Both the position numbers and the translations under genes were made by a program. The notes under the pieces are model-generated. The model was not told the DNA's origin. It did no database searches and saw nothing but the letters and a program-made list of their open reading frames with translations. DNA of 64,000 bases from Rhynchopus sp. YZ270_cl-10. Lineage: Eukaryota. The stretch spans positions 1,364,001-1,428,000 of the forward strand of contig OZ037839.1 in the NCBI GenBank assembly GCA_964035575.1, given 5' to 3'. Each line of letters begins with the position of its first letter. Position 1 is the stretch's first letter. This document shows, piece after piece, positions 1 through 12,723 of the stretch.

Positions 1-42
1 TGCCTTGCATAGGTATAGGTTGCAGGGGAGGAAATGAAAAAC

Positions 43-220
43 GTATTTGAGTGTGCCCGAATTTTTTTTGGTGAGAGTGATGTAAACACGACACAACTTA
101 TCCACTGAAACAGTTTTTTGATTTTTTGTCCCTACACACTCCACAAAAATCCGGTGCAATCAACGATTTTCTTCTCTGATTTCGTTTCTTTCTTTTATCA
201 GACTAGCTTACACTCAGATA
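43..220. mobile_element. ~180 bp MITE-like repeat (second copy at 57087-57274)
   Basis: Short TIR TAT(T/C)TGAGTGT...ACTCAGATA; internal sequence aligns by eye with 57087-57274. Confidence 0.6.
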
Positions 221-1070
221 ACAGTTTTTATTTTGACAAAATCAGCATGTGTAGCGACAGTGAGGTTCTCTGTTTTTTTTGCAAATCCAGCAAACCAACA
301 AAAAGGGGCCAGCGTTGAAGACGACCCTCCTCTGCCTGTTATGCGTGTGTGTCGTGAGGACGAATTTTGGAATCAATTTCGACCATTGGCCATTTGGGTC
401 CATTTAATTTACCGTGTTCGCAATAATGCTCGACCATAAAGAAAGGTCATATAGTGGAGCACACTCTAGGGTGGCTACACTAATACAACCAAGTTTTCAA
501 AGAAAGGTTGAACTTCCAAAAAAAAATCCTGAAAAGGTCGAACATCATTGCAGTCGTCAATTTTTTTTTCGATTTGTGGTAAAGGGTCCGCTAAATGGTC
601 AGAACTTTTTAACTAGCCCCGAAACAACAAAACAAGCGTATCAGTACTTCTTCTTTGTTGACAGGTATACATACACTGTCACAAGAGGGTTTGTATGTCA
701 AGACACCTTTTTTGTGGTCAAGGTGACGTATGCGAGGCTTAAGTTTATCTTTTTTTTTTTCGCGTTTTTGGTATTTTTCATAATATTATTTCACCGCCGA
801 AAAAATAACATTTGCGCCCTCAGGCTTTGCGAGAAACTCCTCAGTTCTCTGCTTTGTGCATCTGGGTCACTCTGGGCGTAAAGCGTTTATGAATGGCACT
901 GAATAGGTATTCTTTCCCCTTTAGAAACCCCCATGAGGCCCGAGAAGGTAGTATTTTTTAAAAGATGCGTGCGCGCGAAGCACATTTACCTTTTATTTTT
1001 AATTTTTTGGCTGCTCCCATGATAGTAGTCTAAAATCAAACATTGTTTTTATACCTGCAAGCGTAGCTTA

Positions 1071-1181
1071 AATAGGCTGATTGACGTGGGCCTGGCATGC
1101 CCCATTTTTCACTTTTTATCATCGATTTAAACCGATCACCGTGGATCACCACCGACCAAGCTCAGCGTCAATCAGCCTATT
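1071..1181. mobile_element. 110 bp mini-MITE
   Basis: 16 bp perfect inverted repeat AATAGGCTGATTGACG / CGTCAATCAGCCTATT. Confidence 0.55.
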
Positions 1182-1291
1182 AAAGGAGAAGTAGTTTCTC
1201 CGATACAGTCGCCAATCACCCCCTCCAACAGGGTTCATCGAGTAATCAACGAAAAAAAACCTTTTTTCCCCTTTTACTTACCGATCAGAGT

Positions 1292-1411
1292 TACAGTCAT
1301 CCAACAAAGGTTGGTGGGGTAAAAACCCACCAATTTTTTTTCGATCCCCCAAATACACCAATATTTTTGCCCCACCAACCTTTTTACCCACCAACGTTTG
1401 TTGGGTGACTG
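1292..1411. mobile_element. Tc1/pogo-like MITE
   Basis: TA-CAGTCATCCAACAAAGGTTGGTGGG ... CCCACCAACGTTTGTTGGGTGACTG inverted termini; related termini bound 6840-8099. Confidence 0.55.
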
Positions 1412-1633
1412 TGCTATTTTTTTTTGATACAGACCTTCTATTTTGCTCTCTTTTAAGGATCCTGTGAACAACAAATGGCTGCCTATCTAGTGATAGTAGT
1501 CTCTCGTCAAACAAAATATTTTTGCAGCGCTTTACTGATGTGCTCAGCGACATCAATCACCTATGCCGATATGTTGTATTATTTTTTGTACGGCACACAC
1601 ACACACACTCACTCTCTCTCTCTTTCTCTTTAA

Positions 1634-2207
1634 AGGGGTGCCCCGTCGATTATTTACCTTTTGTAATATTTACCTTCGTGTATTATTTACCTTTTTAATG
1701 CCAAACATTGTATTATTTACCTTTCGTGTATTATTTACCTTTTGAATTGGCATTTAATTAATTAATTTTCCGCCCCGCTTTTTTTGGGTGAAGTTCTGAG
1801 GCACTGGACGTGTCGCTGAAGCTCTCAACGTCCAGGTCCAGGCTCGCCACGCTTGCCTCGTCGAGGCCGACGACCACCTCGCAGCGGCCACAGCGCACCT
1901 CATCCCACTGGTGGTTCAGCTCTGCAAGGGTCGAGGCGTTCAACATGACGGCGAGAGGGGTTCCGGGGAGGGGGAAGGGCGGGGTGTGAAAATCTGTTGT
2001 GCAGTGAGTCGGGAGTCTAGTGGGTGTGCATCGAAAACAGGACCGTTTACCCGCAATAGGTCAAACCGTATATTATTTACCTTTTGAATTAATAAAGTCC
2101 AAATATTGTATTATTTACCTTCCATGTATTATTTACCTTCCGTGTATTATTTACCTTTCGTGTATTATTTACCTTTTCAAAAGGTAAATAATCGACGGAG
2201 CACCCCT
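1634..2207. mobile_element. Non-autonomous TIR element with TTAA target duplication, Kolobok-like (AG...CT ends)
   Basis: 30 bp TIR AGGGGTGC(C/T)CCGTCGATTATTTACCTTTTG with 1 mismatch; TTAA at 1630-1633 and 2208-2211; subterminal TATTATTTACCTT repeats. Confidence 0.75.
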
Positions 2208-3172
2208 TTAACGATTTTATCTTGATTAATTTCAGTTCTCCGTTGTGTGCACAATGACCCCCCACTTCTCCTGAGTTTTGTTTTATGATTACCGAATGTG
2301 ATAAAGGTGGCACTTCACTGCACCTCACATATTTAGCCACCGTTTGGGTCACACTTTTTTGTGATCAAAGGGTGACTAAGCAACAAGAAGATTTGGTTCA
2401 CTTTCTAAATGCTTCTTTTGTTTTGTTTCGGGTCTCGCTATCCCACGGCGCGTCTGCGCCTTCTGTCCCCAGAGACCCCAGGGGGTGTTTTTATTTTTTT
2501 TTTTTGAACCACAATGAATAACGAAGGTCCCAGCGGATCTGACAATCGATAGCGGCGCGCTTTTCTTAGATGTGACTTTTGCTGGACGGAACTTTTCGTG
2601 ATGCATTGTACCAATCTTTGTTTTTCTTTTTTGAGACATACAGTTGGACAAGAAACTTGACGGCCACATAATATTGGCGGATTTTGGGGGTTTTCTTGCA
2701 ATTAGTATTGGCGACTTTTTGGTCACCAATTCTTGACCAACTGTACGCACCCATACTCATTTGGTATTTTATTTTTTTCCGTGCACAGCAACAAAAAAAA
2801 ATAGTGGAGCACACTCTGGGGGTGGCTACACTGATACAAACCAATTTTTCAAACAAAGAAAATGCGAGGTGTCTACACGTTATCAATTATTTATTCAAAC
2901 ATAAATGCTAGAACCTCAGCCTAGGCCTTCTCTTTAAGAGTAGTTAGTATTCTGGTGAAGACTTGTACGCATAGGCTTGCTGCTAACCATACAGATCAAA
3001 ACACAAAAAAACCGCCCCCCTCTTTTGGGTACACTGTGTTTCCACAAAACTTCTCATCCCCACCCCCCTCCCCTGCACAGAACACACTGCACCATGACAC
3101 CATGCGTTGGCCCTACCCTGCTTCGAAGATAACCCACCCTCCAAAATTGGATTCGGAAACAAACAGCCCACA

Positions 3173-4954
3173 ATGACTCAGCCAATATACATGCCAATTG
3201 ATGTGCCTGCAGAGTACGCGGCTCTGAATTTGAATAGCACAGGGCGTCCGTTGTATGCGCTCATGGTTGTCAATAAGGTGTCGTCTGCTGGGAAAAAGGA
3301 CCTTCGGTTATTATGCGTAAATGATTGTGTCGTCCTGCAGCTCACTAAAGCCGCGAAGGTGAAGAGAGTAGCGCGTCTTGAGGATGTGAGTGAGGTGGCT
3401 GTAGACACTACAAAAAATTGGATCAATTTAAGCTTCACAACGGATCGGGATTGGATGATGGAGCGGACAGGGCATAGTACCAACCAACCGAAGGATTTGA
3501 CGGATTTTATCGAGTTGCTACGCCATTTGAGACGGAATCGTAGTTTAACTCAATTAAAGGTGACGAAACGGGGTTTGGTTGTGTCCAAACCACGTCTAGC
3601 ATCAAGAGGGAAAGACTCCTCACGGCATCGGATGGAACAGCTTGGTGCCAGCGGAATGCAGATCCCACCAGACGTCCGACGCACCCGAGCAGAAGAGTAC
3701 GCAAAAGAACTTCGCGCAGTTAAACGAAAAATCACCTTGAAAACCCCCAACGAGCCTTGGGGGTTAGAAATTATCAAAACACCCGACGGGCGTGCGTCGA
3801 TTTCACGGTCTTCAGATGCCGCACAACGAGCCGGAGTGCTTCCAGGAATAATATGTCAAATAAACGGACAACGCGTTGATCATCACACTGCAACAAAACT
3901 GCTGAAATCTGCTGTCGCTGAAAAAGAGAAGGAGATGACATTGCACATTGTACCTAACCCTGTTGCTGAGCTGAATGATGCCAAACAACGAAGCGAACGT
4001 GAACATGACGAACAACGCCAGCGCCTTGAGGACGAACTCATCGAAAAGGCAACAGAAGTCGAGCAACTCAAACACACCATGCAGGCGGCCGAAGCAGACA
4101 CCCAGGCGGACCTCCGCGCCGAACGCACAAAGTCCGCCGCCTCCCAAGCTCTCGGAGAAGCCCTGAAAGACGAAATCCTGGACCTAAAAACCGAGGTACG
4201 AGACCTCAAACAGGAGGCAGAAGAGGAGCGCCTCCGCGTACAGGAGAAACTCGCCGACCCTGCCTCCTTCGGCGTTACCGTCCTCCCGGACCATGTGGTC
4301 AGAGAGTTCCGTGCCACCACCGCTGCCTCGCCCCCAAAAAGTGTCAACCAACCCGGTGGAGTGCACGATGCACTGTCTCGTATCAGACGTGGTGATTTTT
4401 CTCCTGAACAGCATCATTCAGAAGAAATCAAACGGCGTCTCAAAGACCAAGCGAAAAAGACAGAAAACCTTCAACTAGAACTACAACGGATGCGGGTCCT
4501 CACCCTTTCACGCGAGGCGCCTCCACCACCCCTTGAGGCACCTCCACTTCCTATAGACGACTCACCACCCCCAATCGAACTCAGAGACCCAAGAACGTCC
4601 CCATCACCCTTAGGTTCGCCTTCTGTGATGTTTACACCGCGGGATGAAAGGACGTCGCAGGTGATAATGACTCCGTTGATGACACCCAAGCAGGACTCTC
4701 CTGGGGCAATCAAGGGGGTGCTGTCTGCAGGGAAGGGAGGGGGGTCGCTACCACGGCAGGAGAACTCCCTGCGGGATTGGTATTCAGGCAGGTTGGGGAT
4801 GGACGAGGATGATGGTGGTGGTGGAGGGGGAGGAGGTGGTGGAGGAAGTGTTTCGCCCCTCAGGGGAGCGGACCCGAAGCGGACGTACCTGGTACCCACG
4901 TCGCCTGTCGCGTCGTTGCCAGGGAGGTCAATAAGGGTGCGTGCGCAAGCCTAG
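3173..4954 (+). CDS. Protein with N-terminal PH-like domain, PDZ-like segment, coiled coil and Pro/Gly-rich tail
   Basis: Long ORF; first ATG at 3173 follows a CAG; PH-like NK...KKDLRLLCVND motif, PDZ-like EPWGLEI...AAQRAGV..G.ICQINGQ motif, heptad-rich region. Confidence 0.8.
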   Translation: MTQPIYMPIDVPAEYAALNLNSTGRPLYALMVVNKVSSAGKKDLRLLCVNDCVVLQLTKAAKVKRVARLEDVSEVAVDTTKNWINLSFTTDRDWMMERTGHSTNQPKDLTDFIELLRHLRRNRSLTQLKVTKRGLVVSKPRLASRGKDSSRHRMEQLGASGMQIPPDVRRTRAEEYAKELRAVKRKITLKTPNEPWGLEIIKTPDGRASISRSSDAAQRAGVLPGIICQINGQRVDHHTATKLLKSAVAEKEKEMTLHIVPNPVAELNDAKQRSEREHDEQRQRLEDELIEKATEVEQLKHTMQAAEADTQADLRAERTKSAASQALGEALKDEILDLKTEVRDLKQEAEEERLRVQEKLADPASFGVTVLPDHVVREFRATTAASPPKSVNQPGGVHDALSRIRRGDFSPEQHHSEEIKRRLKDQAKKTENLQLELQRMRVLTLSREAPPPPLEAPPLPIDDSPPPIELRDPRTSPSPLGSPSVMFTPRDERTSQVIMTPLMTPKQDSPGAIKGVLSAGKGGGSLPRQENSLRDWYSGRLGMDEDDGGGGGGGGGGGSVSPLRGADPKRTYLVPTSPVASLPGRSIRVRAQA

Positions 4955-5813
4955 AGGGGAGGAGGTGGAGGTTGAGGTGCAAGAGGAGGGGGGGGTAGTT
5001 ATGTATTGGATTTTTTTTTTTCTTGTGCGCCTGGGTTTTTTGCTCACTTTGACTGAATGTGGGTGGCAAAGGTGCATTATATAGTTTCGAGAACAAAATC
5101 TCAAACGCCCATTTTTTTTTTTTCTGGCCTTGAAGCCATTCCACAGTACCTTCACGCCCGACGCGTATCTTTTGTGTTTTTTTTAAAAAAAATCAGTATT
5201 GCACAGTGGGAGTGCATCCTCGGGTGGCTACACTAATACAAACCAAGTTTTCAAAAAAAAAAAAACGTACATTCTGTGCAATTTTTGCACAGGAGAGGGC
5301 CCTACCCGTCTCCCCCACACACGGTGACCATGCCCCGGGTATCATGTTGTTTCATCATGCTACCCAGGGGCACATGGTCACCGTGACACCATAGGAGATT
5401 TGGCGTTTTTTCTCTCGTCCATGTTTATTTAGTTTATAGATGACTGAGTACTAATCGGGGGTAATTCTTGCGCAGAATATGGCCCCAATGTGGATGCAGA
5501 AGAGACGCGTCCATCTTGACAATTTTTCTTTTTCTTTTCTATATGGGTATGTTCACGTGGGGCATATTCAATTTTTTTCTTCTTTTGCGTTTCCCTCAAA
5601 AAATCCCCATCTCACTCCCCCCGCGCATTTGTGCTACACAGTTAGCACTGCCACGTTGTGTATGTAAACAATAATAAACCCTGTTCTTTAGGTGACTAAG
5701 CACGCGAAGCTTAGAATCATTTTACCGTTTTTTTTAAATATAGAGGTGTCCACGAGAGGCACATTTCGTCTTTAGGTTTTCTATGTATTTTTTTTTGGGG
5801 GGTCACTGTACGC

Positions 5814-6373
5814 CAGGGGACATTGGTAGTTTGAGATTTTGAAAAAAAAGCCGGTGTGAGCCAAAAAAGCCGGTGTGAGGCAATTTTTTTTTCCCCACGC
5901 ATTTTTGGCAGAGACCTCCACAACTCTTTCCCCTCCGCGCCCTTGTCTAACCATATGGCATCAAAACTTTTCTGGCGAAGCCACGGTACGCAACATTTCA
6001 AAAATTGTGACATAAAATCGCACGCTTTTATAGCCAAACTATGGTAAAGGTAGCTGTGACTATGGCCTAGGGTAGAGCTGTGGGCTACCGCTCGTCATTT
6101 TTAGCTGCGCCGCAGGCGCACGGTACGCTACTTTTTTATGAGAGTTGCAAACATCTATTTCTTTTGATTGAACGGACCGATTGGTCTTTGTGGTGGGGTC
6201 ACATGCACATAAGAAACCGCTACAGATGTGGTTGTAGCCTTGTATGAGGAGATAAAATTCAGAAAAAAATTCAAAAATCTGCCTTTTTCTTTTTTTTTTT
6301 TTTTTTTCTCAAAATCCCACACCGGCTTAGCCGGTGTGGCCACACCGGCACACCGGCATACTAATGTCCCCTG
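5814..6373. mobile_element. hAT-type MITE
   Basis: TIR CAGGGGACATT(G/A)GTA; exact 8 bp TSD CTGTACGC at 5806-5813 and 6374-6381. Confidence 0.85.
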
Positions 6374-6839
6374 CTGTACGCCCCATATGCGGCACCTGGT
6401 CACCGTATGCCCTCCCCCACCCCCCTGTTAATTGTTGCCGCTCACACCATGCTTTTTTTTGGTTTTTGTTTTTTTTTTCCATTTGCGCTCCAGGGTTCGA
6501 TAACCCCACGCGTTCCATCCACCCTAGTACACCTTCTTCCTAATCCCATGGCGTTTTTTTTTTTTTTTTTTTGCACGACCGACCTTTATCTGCGATTCGT
6601 ATGCACAAGAGGCACCTTCATCTTTCAGGCCCTTTTTTTTTCTTTTTTTCTTTTAAATATCGCGCCTTGAAAGATAAACGAGGTGCAGTGTGCCGCATTG
6701 CCACTCAACTCCTCTGTACACCCCCTTCCGCCTAGTCAACTTCATGTTTCTCCCCACCCTTAAATTTTTACTTAATAGACAGGTACACCCCCACTCCGAT
6801 CAGGGGAAATGATTGCGTACCGTTCAGGTACATATGCTA

Positions 6840-8099
6840 TAGAAAGACAACAAACACTGGTGGGGTAAAAACTAAGGTTGCCCCTGAAATAAAAAATACC
6901 AAGTACGCAACAACTACGCACTAAGTACGCAAACGAGGCCGAGTCGGCCTCGCCAAGGCCTGAAAATAAATACTCAGGCGTGCCTGAGGCGTACTCGGGA
7001 TTAGTTACGTTTAAGTACGCCTCAGGCACGCCTGGGTATATTTATATTTCTTACCAGCATTTTGGTTCAAATGCGGGGTCGCACGATGAAAAATGCGCCT
7101 CTGGGCCGAGCGAGTCGAAAAAATGAAAAGGGTTCGCTAAGCTTTGGTGCTGATGATATATATTTTGGTGGTACCTTCGGGTATTTCATTGATTCAAGAA
7201 TCATTGTAAACAAATCTCGGGGGTGCTTTTCGACTGGGTCCCTTCGGGGCCAACTTGATGCAAGACGGAAGAGGCTCATACAAGGCTGGACCCTCTAACA
7301 CTAGAGAGATCCCATCGAGATCCCAGAATTTTACACAGGCCTCCTTGATCCACAGACCACAGCTCTATTTTTAGTACAACTATGGGGTGACCAAAGGACT
7401 TATTTATACTTTTTTATACCCTAGGTATAACTCATCTTCTGCGAAGCCTCTTTTTAGGAGGCAGTTTACTGTAAGCAGTAACCATGATATTTTTCCACTA
7501 AAGATATCTTGCGACCCCGCAATTTTCTCAGCAGGACACCAAAAGTTGATTTCAGCACATTTCAGGGGGCGGAGGAAATACATGGCATGACTTAGAAACG
7601 TGGTGACCTGTGCATAATAATTTTACATATCAGTAGAAATATGAAACCGAGTGTACTTTCCCCTGCTTTTTGGTACAAACTTAAAGTCACGCATTTTTTG
7701 CTAAAAAAATTGTCCGACCCCGGAATTTTTTCAGATCGCTCCGGAAATGCATCAGAGGCCCTTTTTGCGGGGGGAAAATACACACCAGGCGCCTGAAACG
7801 CAATTATACGTTGATATATACTCAGGCGTGCCTGAGGCGTACTTAAACGTAACTAATCCCGAGTACGCCTCAGGCACGCCTCAGATATATTTTCCAGATA
7901 CGAGTATTTTCAGGCGTACCCGGCCTCGTTGCATTGTATGGCAATATAGGGTATTCCTGTATTTTTTTTTTTCCGTGCACAAAGTGCGCAGCAAGTACGC
8001 AAAATGGGGTTTTCAGGAGCACCAAAGGTAGTTTTTTTTTTTGCGATTTTAAAACTACTAAGGAGGGTTTTCACCCCACCGCTGTTTGTTGTCTAACTG
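6840..8099. mobile_element. Nested (Russian-doll) MITE cluster
   Basis: Outer Tc1-like termini; inside, the two halves (6877-6930, 7977-8023) of the 88 bp element found intact at 52531-52618; innermost ~70 bp inverted hairpins at 6971-7040 and 7817-7890. Confidence 0.65.
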
Positions 8100-10002
8100 T
8101 AACTATACCACACCTTAGTATATTCAAGCCGAATACTTGAAGAGGGAAAGGTCCAAACAATAATAAACAAAAGTCGGTCCTTTTTTTCAGATGTAAACCT
8201 CGAAATGGATGTAGGACTGCATTGGGGGTCCACCCCACGGTGCACCGTTCATCTCCCAGAAGCCACACTGTCACGAGAGGGGTTTGGGTTTTGTATTTCA
8301 ATTCAACTTTTTTTTTGGGGGTGCAAACACCGGTAAACGAGTCTACTAGGCACTTCTTTGAGACGTAATATCAAAGGACACATTCACATTTTCTCGAAAT
8401 TCCATTTTTTTAAAAGGTGACTAAGCACGAGAGGCTTAGGGATCATCTTATAAACTTTTCTTTTCTTTTTTCCACAATGAGCCACAAAGCGTGCTCCTTC
8501 TTGCTCTCTTTTAAGGGTCCTGCGAAGAGAAAACCACGGCTGCTATCTTTGTGATAGTAGTCTATAATTTAGCAATATTTTTTCCACAATGAGCCACCTG
8601 ATTTTTACCCCCACGAAGAGGTGCGTATAGGGTGTAGAGGACCGTATCCGCGCCTGTACGTGGCCTGTACGCACTTATACGCGGGGTAAGTCTCAGATTA
8701 GATGAGGTTCAAAAAGTACAAAAAAAAAATTGACAGTGGAGATTGCACCAACTGTGGCAACACAACCGAGGCAATCTACACTACTCCAACAATTTATCAA
8801 AAAAAAGGTGACTCACTAGAGAGGTAGGTTCATCTTGCAAATCTTTTTTCTCTCCCCCCCCTACCCCCTAATACCCACTCTTACCTTCCCTTACATTTTT
8901 CAGTCTCACAAACAAAAACTGGATTGTTATAACGAACCCTCTTTCTACCTTTTTCCACCTCCACCACCCTCCCTTCATACGAACACTGCTCCATGAGTCT
9001 TTACCCATGGGTGGGTGCCATCAGTGAACAGTAAACGAATACATAGAGAAAGGGTGGGGGTATTTCATTTTGTTTAATAGTTGACTCTAGACATGAACGG
9101 GGGTGGGGTGTGCATGGGTAGGGAGGTTGATAGGGAGCTCATCAAGGCAAGGGGTCGTTCTGCAAGCCTATCCAAGCTAGAGGGTCGCAGGCCAACGTCT
9201 CCCACCCACACTTTCGCCCCTTCCTCATAGTGCCTGAGGACCCTACGATGCTATCCGCATTGTGTGAGGAGGCGTTCTTTGCTGCAGATCTTTCCTCGCA
9301 AATGGGAAGCTCGCTCTTCACCAGATCGACCGGCACGTCGTAGCGGAGAGGCATCTCCAGAATCGCATAGCGGCATTGGAAATTCTCCAGGTGTGCAAAC
9401 GGTCTGCGCGCAAGCGTTGAGGAACTCAAGACCTTGCTTCGTTGCACCAAGGTTCCAGAGGGTGTTCTTCCCCAACACTTAAACACTGTAAGCGAGGGAT
9501 GGCACGCCCTACACGACTCCGCGCCACAGCGTGCAGGTTGTACTCCGCTTCGGCGGGGGGTTTTTCAGTCCTTCAAAGAACTGCGAGTACGTCTGGCGGT
9601 TCTCATCGTCGTCACTCCTGGATCGACTCCCCTGTACAAGACAGTGGTTTGACGCTGCGTAGGCGCCGGCCAAGAAAGGCCAATTTGCCTCAGAGGGGGG
9701 TGGGAAGGATTTGGCCCTGATGGACGGATCAGCTTGTCTGCCAGGCTTCGCTCAGTAGGCTTCTCTCAAGCTGATGCAGGGTGTGCCTCATGTCACAGAC
9801 CTCCCCTCCTGCCCTACGTGGAGAAATAACCCGAAGAACGCATATCTCATTTGGAGGCGTCCTTCACTGCAGTTGCACAGTGAGCCATACTGCGTGATGC
9901 CGGGTGCTTATCCCCTCCTCTGTCCACACACCTTCACAAAGAGTAACGTCACTCCACCACTGACAGACACACAGCATACGACACAGCAACGACACACAAG
10001 TA

Positions 10003-12723
10003 ATGTCTGGGCAACACGCAGGCAACCACAGCAACACTACGTTGCACGAGGCAGTGGTGGAAGCACGTGCAGATGTGGTGCAGGTGCTCATTGCTGCAGG
10101 GGCAGACATCGAAAAAAGGGACACCCAAGGATGTACGCCTCTTCTCCTTGCGTGCGTGAGAGGGTGCCTCGGCACTGTGAAGGTGTTGGTGCAAGCTGGT
10201 GTGGAAGTGCGTGTCACAAACTGGAACGATGATACATGTCTTATCGCTGCTTCGCGTGAGGGACACACGGAGACTGTGCGCTATCTTGTGGGCTTGGGGC
10301 AGGATGTGGATAACGTCGGTGGGTGGCACGCAACCACTGCGTTGCACGAGGCAGTTGGTAAAAACCATGCAGATGTGGTGCAGGTGCTCATTGATGCAGG
10401 GGCGGACATCGAGAAGGAGGAGTCTGAAGGACTTACGCCTCTTCTCCTTGCGTGCATGGAAGGAAGCCTCGACACTGTGAAGGTGTTGGTGCAAGCTGAT
10501 GCGGAAGTGCGTGTCACAGACCGCAACCGCGACACATGTCTTATCGCTGCTTCGCGTGAGGGACACACGGAGACTGTGCGCTATCTTGTGGGCTTGGGGC
10601 AAGTGGATGTGGATCAGGTAGGTGGGTGGCACGCAACCACTGCGTTGCACGAGGCAGTTGGTAAACACCATGCAGATGTGGTGCAGGTGCTCATTGATGC
10701 AGGGGCGGACATCGAGAAGGAGGACTCTACAAGACGTACGCCTCTTCTCCGTGCGTGCGTGAAAGGGTGCCTCGACACTGTAAAGGTGTTGGTGCAAGCT
10801 GGCGCGGAACTGCGTGTCGCAGGCGCCGACGGCGACACATGTCTTATCGCTGCTTCGCGTGAGGGACACACGGAGACTGTGCGCTATCTTGTCGGCTTGG
10901 GGCAGGTGGATGTGGATCAGGTAGGTGGGCGGGGCGCAAACACTTCGTTGCACCGGGCACAAAACCATGCAGATGTGGTGCAAGTGCTCATTGATGCAGG
11001 GGCAGACATCGAGAAGGAGAACTCCCAAGGATATACGCCTCTTCTCTTTGCGTGCGTGAAAGGGTTCCTCGACACTGTGAAGGTGTTGGTGCAAGCTGGT
11101 GCGGAACTGCGCGTCGCAGGCGCCGACGGCGACACGTGTCTTATCGCTGCTTCGCGTGAGGGACACACGGAGACTGTGCGCTATCTTGTGGGCTTGGAGC
11201 AGGTGGATGTGGATCAGGAAGGTGGGCCGGACGCAACTACTGCGTTGCACGAGGCAGTTGATAAAAACCATGCAGATGTGGTGCAGGTGCTCATTGATGC
11301 AGGGGCGGACATCGAGAAAAGGGACTCTGTTGGACGTACGCCTCTTATCCTTGCGTGCGTGAGAGGGTGCCTCGATGCTGTGAAGGTGTTGGTGCAAGCT
11401 GGTGCGGAACTGCGTGTCACAGACTCGAACGACGACACATGTCTTATCACTGTTGGGACCGAGAACAACTTCACTGCGTTGCTCGAGGCAGTTGGTAAAA
11501 ACCATGCAGCTGTGGTACAGGTGCTCATTGATGCAGGGGCAGACATCGAGGAAGAGGACTCTGATGGATGTACGCCTCTTGTCCTTGCGTGCATGGAAGG
11601 GTTCCTCCATATTGTGAAGGTGTTGGTGCAGGCTGGTGCGGAACTGCGTGTCACAGACTCGAACGGCGACACATGTCTTATCGCTGCTTCGCGTGAGGGA
11701 CACACGGAGACTGTGCGCTATCTTGTCGGCTTGGGGCAGGTGGATGTGAATCAGGTAGGTGGGCCGGACACAACCACTGCGTTGCACAGGGCAGTTGGTA
11801 AAAACCAGCCTGCAGATGTAGTGCAGGTGCTCATTGATGCAGGGGCGGACATCGAGGAAAAGGATGCCTTGCGTCGCTCGCCTCTGCTGTTGGGTTGCAA
11901 GTCAGATGTGAATGATGCTGTGAAGGTACTGATTCGAGCAGGTGCGGATGTGGGTGCAAGAGACCGAGATGGCAGGACATGTCTCATGATTGCGTCTGCT
12001 CGTGGATTCACGGAGATTGTGAAAAGCCTTCTGTGCATGGCAGAGGTGGGTGTGGACCTCGTTGATGCTGAGCACTGGACTGCGTTGCACCACGCAGTGC
12101 GCAGGAAACGTGCGCCTGCGATACAGATGCTCATTGATGCAGGTGCAGACGTGGAAGCAAAGAGCGAGTTGGTCTGTTCGCCTCTGATGATGGCTTGTCG
12201 GGCGGGTGAGGTCCATATCGTGAGGATGTTGCTAGAAGCGGGTGCACGGCTGCATATACAGGGCAATGGCAATATCCGTTTCGATGCAGCAGCGCGTTAC
12301 CCCAAATCATATGAAGCAAAGGTGCAGGAGCTCATTGATTCAGGTGCACACATCGAGAAATGGGACGACAGAGGACCTTCGCCTCTTGTCTGTGCGTGCA
12401 TGGGAAAGAACCGCGACATTGTGAAGCTGTTGGTGGAAGCTGGTGCGGAACTGCGTGTCACAGAACATATCGAGGAGCTCTCACAGCACTTTGAAGCTGC
12501 TGCAGGGGACAGAAAAGAACATAAAATACAGAAGGTGACATGTCTGATTACTGCTGCGGAAGAGGGAGGCACGGAGACTGTGCGTTATCTTATGGTAGGC
12601 GTGGAGCAGTCAAAGAAGCGCTTGCGCGAGAAACTTGAACCAATTCGTGCTGCTTGGGAACACATGGCGACGTCCCTTTCCGCACCGGAGCTTCCACTTG
12701 TTGCTGCTGAAGTTGTCACATGA
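10003..12723 (+). CDS. Ankyrin-repeat protein, copy 1 (C-terminally truncated)
   Basis: 906 aa ORF of recurring TALHEA/TPLLLAC/TCLIAAS triplets (~101 aa, ~303 bp higher-order unit). Confidence 0.9.
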   Translation: MSGQHAGNHSNTTLHEAVVEARADVVQVLIAAGADIEKRDTQGCTPLLLACVRGCLGTVKVLVQAGVEVRVTNWNDDTCLIAASREGHTETVRYLVGLGQDVDNVGGWHATTALHEAVGKNHADVVQVLIDAGADIEKEESEGLTPLLLACMEGSLDTVKVLVQADAEVRVTDRNRDTCLIAASREGHTETVRYLVGLGQVDVDQVGGWHATTALHEAVGKHHADVVQVLIDAGADIEKEDSTRRTPLLRACVKGCLDTVKVLVQAGAELRVAGADGDTCLIAASREGHTETVRYLVGLGQVDVDQVGGRGANTSLHRAQNHADVVQVLIDAGADIEKENSQGYTPLLFACVKGFLDTVKVLVQAGAELRVAGADGDTCLIAASREGHTETVRYLVGLEQVDVDQEGGPDATTALHEAVDKNHADVVQVLIDAGADIEKRDSVGRTPLILACVRGCLDAVKVLVQAGAELRVTDSNDDTCLITVGTENNFTALLEAVGKNHAAVVQVLIDAGADIEEEDSDGCTPLVLACMEGFLHIVKVLVQAGAELRVTDSNGDTCLIAASREGHTETVRYLVGLGQVDVNQVGGPDTTTALHRAVGKNQPADVVQVLIDAGADIEEKDALRRSPLLLGCKSDVNDAVKVLIRAGADVGARDRDGRTCLMIASARGFTEIVKSLLCMAEVGVDLVDAEHWTALHHAVRRKRAPAIQMLIDAGADVEAKSELVCSPLMMACRAGEVHIVRMLLEAGARLHIQGNGNIRFDAAARYPKSYEAKVQELIDSGAHIEKWDDRGPSPLVCACMGKNRDIVKLLVEAGAELRVTEHIEELSQHFEAAAGDRKEHKIQKVTCLITAAEEGGTETVRYLMVGVEQSKKRLREKLEPIRAAWEHMATSLSAPELPLVAAEVVT

